From an uncultured Christensenellaceae bacterium (GTDB lineage: Bacteria > Bacillota > Clostridia > Christensenellales > UBA3700), in the NCBI GenBank assembly GCA_944380295.1, contig CALWHE010000003.1, positions 96,057 to 160,056 of the forward strand: 64,000 bases of DNA. Reading direction: 5' to 3'. Below are positions 26,256 through 35,253 of the stretch, piece by piece. Numbering within the stretch: the stretch's first letter is position 1; the number at the start of each line of letters is the position of its first letter. Made by a program: the position numbers and the translations under genes. The notes beneath the pieces were generated by a model. The model was given only the letters and a program-made list of their open reading frames with translations, did no database searches and was not told where the DNA came from.

Positions 26256-27493
26256 ACAAATTGTTGATGTTAACGGCAAATTTTCCGTTTGAAAACTTTG
26301 GCGATAGTAATTTTATTAAAAATGAAATCGAAGAGCTTTGCAATAACTTCGATCAAGTTAAAATATTGTCGACTGCCGGCAGCAATACAACAAATTTATG
26401 CTCAGATAACAAAATAGCTGAAAAAAGATGCGTGCCTATCAAAAAGTTTAGATTTATAAAAGCATTGAAGGCTGTGCTTATGTGCTTTTCTAAGCAAGCA
26501 AGAGAAGAATATTCTTATGCCAAACAAAATTATGCAAATATTGGCGGATTTGAAATATATAAAAAAATATTTAAGTATTATTATGCATGTCATTGTTTGA
26601 TCAATGATATAGCGGAAATGTCAGATGAAGATACATATATTTACTCGTATTGGTTTTCATCACGGGCTTTTTCTGCGGTAAAAGCAGTGGCGGACGGTAA
26701 ATGCAAGGCAAAAAAAATAGTTTCGAGGGCACATAGGTTTGATATTTATAAATCTGTCGGATATCAGCCATTTAGGTCATATCTGCTCCAAAACATCGAT
26801 CGAATATATTTTGTAAGCGAAGCGGGAAAAGCGGATTTTGAAAAAGAGATAGCGTCAAAAGTGCAAAACGTTAAAAGCAGCTTCTGTGTTTATCGGTTGG
26901 GGATAAATGCACCGATATCAGTGGTCCCGGACATGCAGAGCGCAGGTAAAATATTCAAAATAGTTTCTTGTTCCAATGTTATACCAATTAAGCGATTGGA
27001 TTTGATAATAAAGGCATTATCCTTGCTTAATATTGATATTGAGTGGACTCATTATGGTTCGGGGAAAAATTTTTCCGAAGTTGCAGACATGGCGGAAAGC
27101 GAATTGAAAAACAATCGGCATATTCATTATCGGTTTGCAGGCCATATAGATAACGATAGATTGTTGGAGATTTATAAGAATGAGCATATCGATTTGTTCT
27201 TGAATGTTTCGGACAGCGAGGGCGTGCCTGTTTCAATAATGGAAGCGCAACAGTTCGGTATTCCTGCAATGGCGCGTGATGTGGGTGGCAACAGGGAAAT
27301 TGTCTTAAATGAATTATTGTTACCGTCTGAAGTTTCTGCAAAAGATATCGCACAGGCTATTTTTGATTATGCGCAAAAAACATGTGAAGAGCAAATTGTT
27401 ATAAGGCAAAAAAGCAGGCAAATAATTTGCGATCGATACGACAGTATTCGCAATACGAAAAGATTTTGTGATTCTGTCAAGATGTGGGAATAG
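26246..27493 (+). CDS. Glycosyltransferase family 4
   Basis: C-terminal GT-B motif SDSEGVPVSIMEAQQFGIPAMARDVGGNREIV (E-x7-E). The start is ambiguous (TTG 26246, GTG 26252 or ATG 26267). Confidence 0.8.
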   Translation: MRVNKLLMLTANFPFENFGDSNFIKNEIEELCNNFDQVKILSTAGSNTTNLCSDNKIAEKRCVPIKKFRFIKALKAVLMCFSKQAREEYSYAKQNYANIGGFEIYKKIFKYYYACHCLINDIAEMSDEDTYIYSYWFSSRAFSAVKAVADGKCKAKKIVSRAHRFDIYKSVGYQPFRSYLLQNIDRIYFVSEAGKADFEKEIASKVQNVKSSFCVYRLGINAPISVVPDMQSAGKIFKIVSCSNVIPIKRLDLIIKALSLLNIDIEWTHYGSGKNFSEVADMAESELKNNRHIHYRFAGHIDNDRLLEIYKNEHIDLFLNVSDSEGVPVSIMEAQQFGIPAMARDVGGNREIVLNELLLPSEVSAKDIAQAIFDYAQKTCEEQIVIRQKSRQIICDRYDSIRNTKRFCDSVKMWE

Positions 27494-27530
27494 GCAGAGT
27501 TGATATAGTAACAGATGACGGAGAAATGAG

Positions 27531-28463
27531 ATGATCGGAATTGTTATATTGAATTATAAACATTTTGATGATACGTGTTGGTGTGTGGAGCAGTTATTGC
27601 AGCAAATTTCACCATACGATATGATATATGTTGTCGATAATGATTCACAAGATTTGTCTTATGAAAAGTTGACGGAAAAATATACCGGTCAAGTTCAAAT
27701 CAAAGTTCTGCAAAGCGGGAAAAACGGCGGTTTTTCTTTTGGTAATAATGTAGGATTTAAGGAGGCGATAAAGGATGGGTGTGAATTTTTGCTTTGCACA
27801 AATAATGACGTCAAGTTTTATCCGAATTGTATCGCGGAACTAGAAAAAGCATTGATCAATAACTCCGAAGTGGCGGTGGTAGGGCCGAAAATTTATACAA
27901 AAGACGGAGACTTGCAAAAATGTAATAAAGCGGAATTGACGCCGTTTCGCTTTTTGATGCATCACAAGCCTTTCGTTATTATGGATATTTTTGGGGTTAA
28001 CAAGCGATATTCGCTCTTGAAGTATGATTTTGATAAGCCGCTGATATTTACCGGCATGGTTGCCGGTTGTTGCTTTATGATCAGAAGCTGCGTTTTGCAA
28101 GAAATCGGATATTTAGACGAAGGAACATTTTTATACCATGAAGAAGATATCCTGGCGGCACAATTAAAAAAATGTAAATGGAAAACAATGGTGGAGCCTG
28201 CTGCCGAAATAATTCATTACGGAAGCGGCACTATTGGCAATATCAGCCCGTTTACAAGATACTGCACATTCAGCAGCGGATTATATTATTTGTGGCATTA
28301 TACTTCTATTGGCAAATGCGGAATGAAATTTATGAGTTGTTGGATCGTCGGAATGTTTCGCATCATGTCTTTGAAGAACAATGATTATAAACAATATGCG
28401 GGAAAGATAAAGGATGAAGTCAAACAGTTGTTGACATCTGCCAAAAGGAGTGACAATGAGTAG
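27531..28463 (+). CDS. Glycosyltransferase family 2
   Basis: IGIVILNYKHFDDT, VVDNDSQD, GGFSFGNNVG, and the acidic motif HEEDIL. 310 aa. Confidence 0.8.
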   Translation: MIGIVILNYKHFDDTCWCVEQLLQQISPYDMIYVVDNDSQDLSYEKLTEKYTGQVQIKVLQSGKNGGFSFGNNVGFKEAIKDGCEFLLCTNNDVKFYPNCIAELEKALINNSEVAVVGPKIYTKDGDLQKCNKAELTPFRFLMHHKPFVIMDIFGVNKRYSLLKYDFDKPLIFTGMVAGCCFMIRSCVLQEIGYLDEGTFLYHEEDILAAQLKKCKWKTMVEPAAEIIHYGSGTIGNISPFTRYCTFSSGLYYLWHYTSIGKCGMKFMSCWIVGMFRIMSLKNNDYKQYAGKIKDEVKQLLTSAKRSDNE

Positions 28464-29700
28464 ATCGAAGACATTGTATAGATTTTCCAATCATAAAACG
28501 GCGTATGCTCTATGGATAATGGCATATTTTAGCTTTGCCATCGTGTCTTCATATGACGCGTTTGCCGCTTTTGATCTGCCCATTCCCGGGGTGCTGGTGT
28601 TCGTGGTGTGTTTGGCACTGGCAATGTTTTTATTGATAAGGGATAAATCATTCTCTGTTCCGTTACTACCCGCTATTGTAATAATGCTACGCACGGTATT
28701 GTTTGCCTTTTCGGTGGCACTTAACGATGTTGAGGTAACGGAATGGTTCTATGAGCTTGGATTGACATTGTTATGTATCGTGCTTATGTCAATCATGTAT
28801 AGCTATAGGAGTGGAAATTTTGTTGAATTGCGCATAATGCTGGGCGGCTTTGCAATCATAACAAGTATACAGCTTATCGTTAGTATTTTGCTCGGAGATG
28901 CGGTTAAGGGAGCAATCACATCCGGAATAGGCAACAGCAATTATGCTGCGACGTTTTTGGTGATGATTTTCGCTTTCTTCTTGTTTTCTTCAAAAAAATG
29001 GTATGAGTGGGGAATTGCTCTAATATCATTGATAAGTGTTTTGGCAACGCAATCGTTTGGAGCAATGGTTGCAGTGGCATTTATTGTTTGTTGGAAAATA
29101 TATAAAAGTTTGAATTGGAAAGGTCTAAAAGCATGGATGTTGCTTTTGGCGATTATTGTGTGCATCATTGCAGGATACTTTATTTTGGGGATGACGGAAT
29201 TTGGAAAGCCTATTGTTGATAAAATACAAGAGAAAATTGCGTTGTTTCTCGAAGGCAATTGGGAGGGATTGGGATCTTCCAGATTGTCGCTATATAAGTT
29301 TACATGGAATAATATAAAGGAGCACTTTTTATTCGGTGGCGTCAACAATTATTCGCCGACTGTTTTGGAAGCAGATCCGTTATTCCGTTGGCAAAATGCG
29401 CGAGCGCATAATTTGGTTTTCGAGTCGCTTATTCGATATGGCTTCTTAGGCACGGTGGTTAATGCGGTATTGGTAGCGTATTTGATCCATATTTATCGCA
29501 AAAACGGAAAAAAGAATATTTATAAGAGAGCCATATTTATGGCATTGGTCGAATGCGCTGTTCATGGTCTTGTGGAACCCAACTTTTTTACGATGCATTT
29601 CGAATTGTTTATATGGACCATGATAGGGGCATTTCTTTCTCCAGATGCAAAAAAGGAAAATTGTTTTGAAGGAGTCGGATTGTGTCGGAAAAAATATTAG
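28456..29700 (+). CDS. O-antigen/repeat-unit polymerase (Wzy, O-antigen ligase-like family)
   Basis: About 10-12 predicted TM helices, plus an extracytoplasmic loop with RAHNLVFESLIRYGFLGTV (Wzy_C-like). ATG 28456 follows RBS AAAGGAG. Confidence 0.7.
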   Translation: MSRSKTLYRFSNHKTAYALWIMAYFSFAIVSSYDAFAAFDLPIPGVLVFVVCLALAMFLLIRDKSFSVPLLPAIVIMLRTVLFAFSVALNDVEVTEWFYELGLTLLCIVLMSIMYSYRSGNFVELRIMLGGFAIITSIQLIVSILLGDAVKGAITSGIGNSNYAATFLVMIFAFFLFSSKKWYEWGIALISLISVLATQSFGAMVAVAFIVCWKIYKSLNWKGLKAWMLLLAIIVCIIAGYFILGMTEFGKPIVDKIQEKIALFLEGNWEGLGSSRLSLYKFTWNNIKEHFLFGGVNNYSPTVLEADPLFRWQNARAHNLVFESLIRYGFLGTVVNAVLVAYLIHIYRKNGKKNIYKRAIFMALVECAVHGLVEPNFFTMHFELFIWTMIGAFLSPDAKKENCFEGVGLCRKKY

Positions 29701-30560
29701 CGGAAATCATTACATATGATCCCGATATAGATATTTTAAAAGAAAATATTGAGGCAACGATCGAACAAGTTGACAAGTTGTTGGTATTTGATAATGGTTC
29801 GCAAAATTACGAACAAATCATGGAGTTGGCGGATTTATGCGATAAAGATCGGGTGTTCGTAATAAGTAATGAAGAGAATTTGGGAGTAGCTAAAGCGCTT
29901 GCATATGGCGTGAACTTTGCAAAAACGCAAGGATATGCCTATTTATTGACGCTGGATCAAGATACCGTAATTGCGGAGAATGCAGTTGCGGTTTTATCTG
30001 ACGCTATGCAGCAGGATGATATGTTGGCAATTGTCGGGTGTGGGGACATATACGAGCTAAACGAAGAATTCAAATTAAAAGATAACGGGCAAATCGAATA
30101 TCAAAACGAAATAATTACGGCAGGAAGTTTGTTTCGCGTAAAAGTTGCGGATGTAATAGGCAATTACAATGAAGACTTGTTTATTGATTGGGTAGACAAT
30201 GAGTTTTGTTACCGCATGATTTCCGCAGGATTCAAGGTCGGAAAGCATGGCGGAGCGGGCATGAAACATCGAATGGGGGAACCACAAATAAGGCGTTTTT
30301 TGTGGAAAGAAATATATGTATTAAATTATTCGCCCAAAAGGCTGTATTATATTTATCGCAATGGGCGATATTGTTTGAAAAAATACGGCAAACTTATCCC
30401 TGCCCGCAGAAGGTTTGTATTGTATATAAAATTGCCGCTCGTGATATTACTATACGAGAAGGAAAAATGCAGGAAATTAAAGGCTTTGTTAAGAGGTCGT
30501 GCAAACGGGAAAAAGATGTTGCAGGGCAATGTAATACCATTTGAGAAAGCCAAGATATGA
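29682..30560 (+). CDS. Glycosyltransferase family 2 (rhamnosyltransferase-like)
   Basis: GTG start after RBS GAAGGAG. VFDNGSQN, and LLTLDQDTV as the DxD motif. 292 aa. Confidence 0.75.
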   Translation: MSEKILAEIITYDPDIDILKENIEATIEQVDKLLVFDNGSQNYEQIMELADLCDKDRVFVISNEENLGVAKALAYGVNFAKTQGYAYLLTLDQDTVIAENAVAVLSDAMQQDDMLAIVGCGDIYELNEEFKLKDNGQIEYQNEIITAGSLFRVKVADVIGNYNEDLFIDWVDNEFCYRMISAGFKVGKHGGAGMKHRMGEPQIRRFLWKEIYVLNYSPKRLYYIYRNGRYCLKKYGKLIPARRRFVLYIKLPLVILLYEKEKCRKLKALLRGRANGKKMLQGNVIPFEKAKI

Positions 30561-30576
30561 GTGAATGGAGAGAAAA

Positions 30577-31593
30577 ATGTATAAGTTTTCAATTGTCGTT
30601 CCGGTCTATAACGTCGAAAAATATCTCAAAGAGTGTTTGAAATCGTTACAAACGCAGACATACGCAAAATTTGAGGTGTTATTGGTCGATGACGGGTCTA
30701 AAGATAAAAGCGGAGAAATTTGTGACGAGTTTGCCAAACATGACAAGCGGTTCATGGTTTTTCATAAAAGCAACGGAGGAGTTTCTTCTGCAAGAAACTA
30801 TGCGCTTGACAGAATAACTGGCGATTATGTTAAATTCGTTGATGCAGACGATGTGCTTTCTTCGGAATGTTTATCGGATATGGCTGATATTTTAGAACGA
30901 TATAAATGGGATATGATCGAGCATACATGGTATATTTTTCGTGAAGACGGGACGATAATCAATCAAAGTCATTTTGATGAAGACTGCTCATTAAAAGCCG
31001 GCGAGAATAAAAGTAAAGTATATGCTCAATTATTTAATTCATATAAATTGGGATCATTATGCACAAAAGTGATCGACGCTAAATTTTTCAACGGAGAAGT
31101 TGCTTCCATCAGACTTGATACATCGATGAGTCATGTGGAAGACCAGGTGGCTTCGGCGCAAATTTACGATTTGTGCAGTAGCGTCAAATTTATAGATAAA
31201 CCATATTATGGTTATAGAGCGTGGAACGCAAGTTCAACAAAAAAATTTAATGCAAACAGAAAGGACGATATTAAAAAAATGTTGTTGAATTTGGATATGA
31301 TTTGGGCTAAATTCTGTCATACTCCGGAGGAAAGTCAAAATTACCAGGCGAGAAAATTGAATAATATCGTTACCGAAATCATGCTTGTCCCTTCTTATAT
31401 AAACGCTACAAAACAGCAAAAGATAAAATATATTAAAAGCATGGTAAACGATGGATACTTTCATCAAATTATAAAGCAGAAGAATAAGGATTTGACATGG
31501 AAAAGAAAAATAGTCAGATGGTTACTTGCAAAAAAGATGGTCAATATCGTTTATCTTATTTGTTTTTTAAATCATAAGATGTTAAAATCATAA
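30577..31593 (+). CDS. Glycosyltransferase family 2
   Basis: MYKFSIVVPVYNVEKYL, LLVDDGSKDKSGEI, VKFVDADD. ATG 30577 has RBS GGAGAG; the alternative is ATG 30565. Confidence 0.85.
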   Translation: MYKFSIVVPVYNVEKYLKECLKSLQTQTYAKFEVLLVDDGSKDKSGEICDEFAKHDKRFMVFHKSNGGVSSARNYALDRITGDYVKFVDADDVLSSECLSDMADILERYKWDMIEHTWYIFREDGTIINQSHFDEDCSLKAGENKSKVYAQLFNSYKLGSLCTKVIDAKFFNGEVASIRLDTSMSHVEDQVASAQIYDLCSSVKFIDKPYYGYRAWNASSTKKFNANRKDDIKKMLLNLDMIWAKFCHTPEESQNYQARKLNNIVTEIMLVPSYINATKQQKIKYIKSMVNDGYFHQIIKQKNKDLTWKRKIVRWLLAKKMVNIVYLICFLNHKMLKS

Positions 31594-31671
31594 TGCGAAT
31601 GTGCTCAAAAGCATATAGATAATGAAGTGTGTTGCCGGATAGAAAAATCAACTTATGAAGGAGATGTGACC

Positions 31672-32769
31672 ATGAAGATAGTAGCATTTAATTTGCCGCA
31701 ATTCCACGAAATTCCCGAAAATGACGAGTGGTGGGGAAAAGGGTTTACTGAATGGACAAACATTAAAGCAAAGAATAAATATAGCGACGGCGTTAAACCA
31801 TTGAATGGGAATTATTATAATTTTTTAGATAAATCAGTGATGCAATGGCAGACCGATCTGTGTAAAAAATACGGTGTTTACGGTATGTGCTATTATCATT
31901 ATTATTTCAACGGAAGACTATTGTTGGAGAAGCCGGCGGAAAATTTATTGCGGTGGAAAGACATTGATCAAAAGTTTTGTTTTTGTTGGGCTAATCATAC
32001 TTGGTATCGTAGCTGGAGCGGAACAAAAGAAGTTTTATTGGAACAAGAGTATGGCTCAGAGGAAGAATGGGAAAAACATTTTGAATATCTTAGACCATTT
32101 TTTGAAGATGACAGATATATAAAAATTGATGATAAGCCGGTGCTAATGATTTTTAATGCCGAAGTCGATTGTTTGGAGAATATGATGGTGTATTTTGACG
32201 CTGCATGTAAAAGGATAGGTTTTAGGGGGATTTTCTATATTCAATCGATTTCAATTCCGAGTCAGTTGAAGTTTGCGCCTAAAAATGCCGACGCAGTGCT
32301 GATACGAGAACCAAGTTTTTCGCATTATAATTATATTATCAAATCGAATAAGACACTGCGTGGATTCGCAAGAAGGTGTATTAGATATATTAACCGTAAG
32401 ATTTTCCATTTCAAGAGAATAACGCTGGAAAAGTTTAACGGTAATAAGCTGATGCGTTTTGCGACAGATAATTTGTCGCACGCTCCGACGGATACAAGAT
32501 ATTTTAGATGTGCATGGTCAATGTGGGATAATACTTATCGTCACAAGTGGAGAGGATATAAAATTTCCAGACCGTCTAAAAAGGTATTTGAGGCTTATTT
32601 ACGCGCATTAAAATATGATTGCGAAAAACGTGGTGAAGAACTGATATTTTTTAATGCATGGAATGAGTGGGCAGAGGGGATGATTTTGGAACCCGAAGAA
32701 AAATATGGATACTATTTTTTGGAATCCATCAAAAAAGTCGTGATGGATGAGAACGGCAATCGATCGTAA
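31672..32769 (+). CDS. WbsX-family glycosyltransferase / GH99-like domain protein
   Basis: MKIVAFNLPQFHEIPENDEWWGKGFTEWTN and NAWNEWAEG, hallmark segments of the WbsX family as I recall it. RBS AAGGAG. Confidence 0.7.
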   Translation: MKIVAFNLPQFHEIPENDEWWGKGFTEWTNIKAKNKYSDGVKPLNGNYYNFLDKSVMQWQTDLCKKYGVYGMCYYHYYFNGRLLLEKPAENLLRWKDIDQKFCFCWANHTWYRSWSGTKEVLLEQEYGSEEEWEKHFEYLRPFFEDDRYIKIDDKPVLMIFNAEVDCLENMMVYFDAACKRIGFRGIFYIQSISIPSQLKFAPKNADAVLIREPSFSHYNYIIKSNKTLRGFARRCIRYINRKIFHFKRITLEKFNGNKLMRFATDNLSHAPTDTRYFRCAWSMWDNTYRHKWRGYKISRPSKKVFEAYLRALKYDCEKRGEELIFFNAWNEWAEGMILEPEEKYGYYFLESIKKVVMDENGNRS

Positions 32770-32773
32770 AGCT

Positions 32774-33565
32774 ATGAACAAAGCATTATTTTTGGACAGA
32801 GACGGAACGATCAATGAATATGGGGAGTATATTTATCTCCCCAAGGATTTTGTTTTTATAAAAGGTGCCGTAGAGTTTATCAGAAAATTCAATGTAATGG
32901 GATATAAAGTCATAGTGATCTCAAACCAAGCCGGTATCGCCAGAGGTTATTATACGGAAAAGGATTTGCTGGCATTACAACGCTGGGTCGATGGCAGGAT
33001 GGAATCGCAAAAAGCCAAAATAGACGCATGGTATTATTGTCCGCATCATCCGATTTACGGCAAAGGAAAGTATTTGCAAGATTGCGATTGCAGAAAACCC
33101 AAAACCGGAATGTTGGACAGGGCAGTAAAAGATTTTGATATAGATATAAAAGGGTCTATCATGGTCGGTGATAAGGAGTGGGATGCGGAGTGCGGAGAAA
33201 GAGCCGGGGTAAAAAGTTTTTTGCTGAGAAACAATGATTACTCATTGTTGAATAACGAAGTCGACAAATATTTGTCGTTGCAAAATTCTGCGTCAAAGCA
33301 CAGTCTTTTGATCGTAAACAAAAACAATGCAGCCCTTACGGAGAATGCAGTCAAAGATTTTTACGCAAAATACGGTGGATTAAACGAAGTCGTTATCGTA
33401 GACAACAATTCATCCGACGCTAGTCTTGAAAGATTGAGAAGTTTCGATCATATGGCAAGATTGTTGGCGGTAAAGAGAGATTTGTCGGAAGCTGACGCCA
33501 TTAAATATGGTCGATCGTTTGTCGGCGGGATAGATCTTGAAATGAAAGTTTACATCAGTGAGTAG
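32774..33565 (+). CDS. gmhB: D-glycero-D-manno-heptose 1,7-bisphosphate phosphatase (GmhB, HAD-IIIA) with a ~95-aa GT2-like C-terminal tail
   Basis: FLDRDGTIN, VISNQAGIARGY, CDCRKPKTGM, MVGDKEWD. The tail LLIVNKNNAALTENAV...VVIVDNNSSDASLERL resembles a GT2 N-terminus. Confidence 0.8.
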   Translation: MNKALFLDRDGTINEYGEYIYLPKDFVFIKGAVEFIRKFNVMGYKVIVISNQAGIARGYYTEKDLLALQRWVDGRMESQKAKIDAWYYCPHHPIYGKGKYLQDCDCRKPKTGMLDRAVKDFDIDIKGSIMVGDKEWDAECGERAGVKSFLLRNNDYSLLNNEVDKYLSLQNSASKHSLLIVNKNNAALTENAVKDFYAKYGGLNEVVIVDNNSSDASLERLRSFDHMARLLAVKRDLSEADAIKYGRSFVGGIDLEMKVYISE

Positions 33566-33626
33566 TGCGATAACACTATTTGCATTTATATATGAAATGT
33601 GTTAAGATATATCCGAGGTAACGAAG

Positions 33627-34655
33627 ATGACAATACGATCACGCGCACCACTCAGAATAGGGCTTGCCGGTGGCGGCACCGATGTTTCTCCGTTTTGTGA
33701 TTTATACGGGGGAGCCGTTCTTAATGCTACTATCAGCATGTATGCATATTGCACGATACAAGCACGCACTGACGGAAAAATATTGTTTGAAGCTACCGAT
33801 CGCAAAGAAAAATTTGAAACACAAGCGGAGTCGTTTATACCTATCGACGGAAATTTGCCGTTGCATAAGGGCATATATAATTTTATAGTCAGAACATATA
33901 ACGGAGGAGAGCCTCTTCCGATAACCGTTACGACATATTCAGATGCACCTGCAGGCTCCGGGCTCGGATCTTCTTCCACAATGGTGGTGGCGATTTTGAA
34001 GGCGTATATCGAAATGTTGAAAATTCCGTTGGGGGAATATGATATTGCCAAAATCGCTTATGTCATCGAGCGTGAAGAAGTTGGATTGTCTGGCGGGAAA
34101 CAAGATCAATATGCGGCAACATTCGGTGGATTTAATTTTATGGAGTTCACAAAAGATAATGTGATAGTAAACCCTTTGAGAATTAAGCGATGGATCATCA
34201 ACGAATTGGAATGCAGTTTAATATTATATTTTACCGGAGTTTCAAGGTCGTCCGCCGAAATTATCGATCATCAAATAGAAAGCGCGAAAAAACACGACGC
34301 CTTGTCACTCGGAGCAATGGAAGAACTGAAAAAGCAGGCGTATGCAATGAAAAACGCATTGCTATTAGGCGATATCGATGAGCTGTGCGGTATCATGAAT
34401 CAAAGTTGGCAAGCAAAGAAGAAAGTTTCCGCTGCCATTTCAAATGCGGATATAGACAAAGTATATGATTTCGTTATGGCAAACGGCGGTAAGGCGGCAA
34501 AAATATCGGGGGCAGGCGGCGGCGGTTTTATGATGATATTGTGCGATCCCGCAAAGAGGAAAGATTTATTTGATAAGTTGGAAAAACTGGACGGCAAACC
34601 ATATACCGTTAATTTTGAGCTTGACGGAACAAGGGGGTGGACGATTTATGAATAA
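33627..34655 (+). CDS. hddA: D-glycero-alpha-D-manno-heptose 7-phosphate kinase (HddA, GHMP kinase)
   Basis: SRAPLRIGLAGGGTD. GHMP ATP motif PAGSGLGSSS. ISGAGGGGFMM. 342 aa. Confidence 0.8.
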   Translation: MTIRSRAPLRIGLAGGGTDVSPFCDLYGGAVLNATISMYAYCTIQARTDGKILFEATDRKEKFETQAESFIPIDGNLPLHKGIYNFIVRTYNGGEPLPITVTTYSDAPAGSGLGSSSTMVVAILKAYIEMLKIPLGEYDIAKIAYVIEREEVGLSGGKQDQYAATFGGFNFMEFTKDNVIVNPLRIKRWIINELECSLILYFTGVSRSSAEIIDHQIESAKKHDALSLGAMEELKKQAYAMKNALLLGDIDELCGIMNQSWQAKKKVSAAISNADIDKVYDFVMANGGKAAKISGAGGGGFMMILCDPAKRKDLFDKLEKLDGKPYTVNFELDGTRGWTIYE

Positions 34656-35247
34656 AGAAGAAAGTATCGATATTATCAGAAAGTCTTTTACGGAAAGTTT
34701 GCAAGTGAAGCAAAGTTTGTTGGACGACGGTAAGTTGCAAGAAAAAATCGCAGAAGTCGCAAGCGTAATAGCGCAAGCCATAAAAAGCGGACATAAATTG
34801 CTGGTTTGCGGTAACGGCGGAAGCGCTGCGGACGCTCAACATATTGCTGGTGAATTTGTGAACAGGTTTTATTACGACAGACCTCCGATGGCGTGTATCG
34901 CATTGTCAACGGACACCTCTGTCATGACCGCGATAAGCAATGACTATTCTTATGAAGATATATTTGCCAAGCAGGTTGACGCTTTCGGGAACTGTGCGGA
35001 TATTTTTTTAGGTATATCGACGTCGGGCAATTCAAAAAATATCGTGAAAGCAATGCGTTTGTGCAAAGAAAAAGGTATAGTTACGATAGCATTGATCGGC
35101 GGAGATGAAAATGCCGCGATGTTGAAGTGGGCCGATCATGGCATAACCATAAAATCAAAGACAACTCCGAGGATACAAGAAGCGCATGAGCTGATTTACC
35201 ATGTTATCAGCCAACTGGTCGAAGCGGAGATATATCCGAAAAAATAA
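34648..35247 (+). CDS. gmhA: Phosphoheptose isomerase (GmhA, SIS domain)
   Basis: LVCGNGGSAADAQHIAGEF, GISTSGNSKNIV. ATG 34648 overlaps the end of hddA. Confidence 0.85.
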   Translation: MNKEESIDIIRKSFTESLQVKQSLLDDGKLQEKIAEVASVIAQAIKSGHKLLVCGNGGSAADAQHIAGEFVNRFYYDRPPMACIALSTDTSVMTAISNDYSYEDIFAKQVDAFGNCADIFLGISTSGNSKNIVKAMRLCKEKGIVTIALIGGDENAAMLKWADHGITIKSKTTPRIQEAHELIYHVISQLVEAEIYPKK

Positions 35248-35253
35248 TATATT

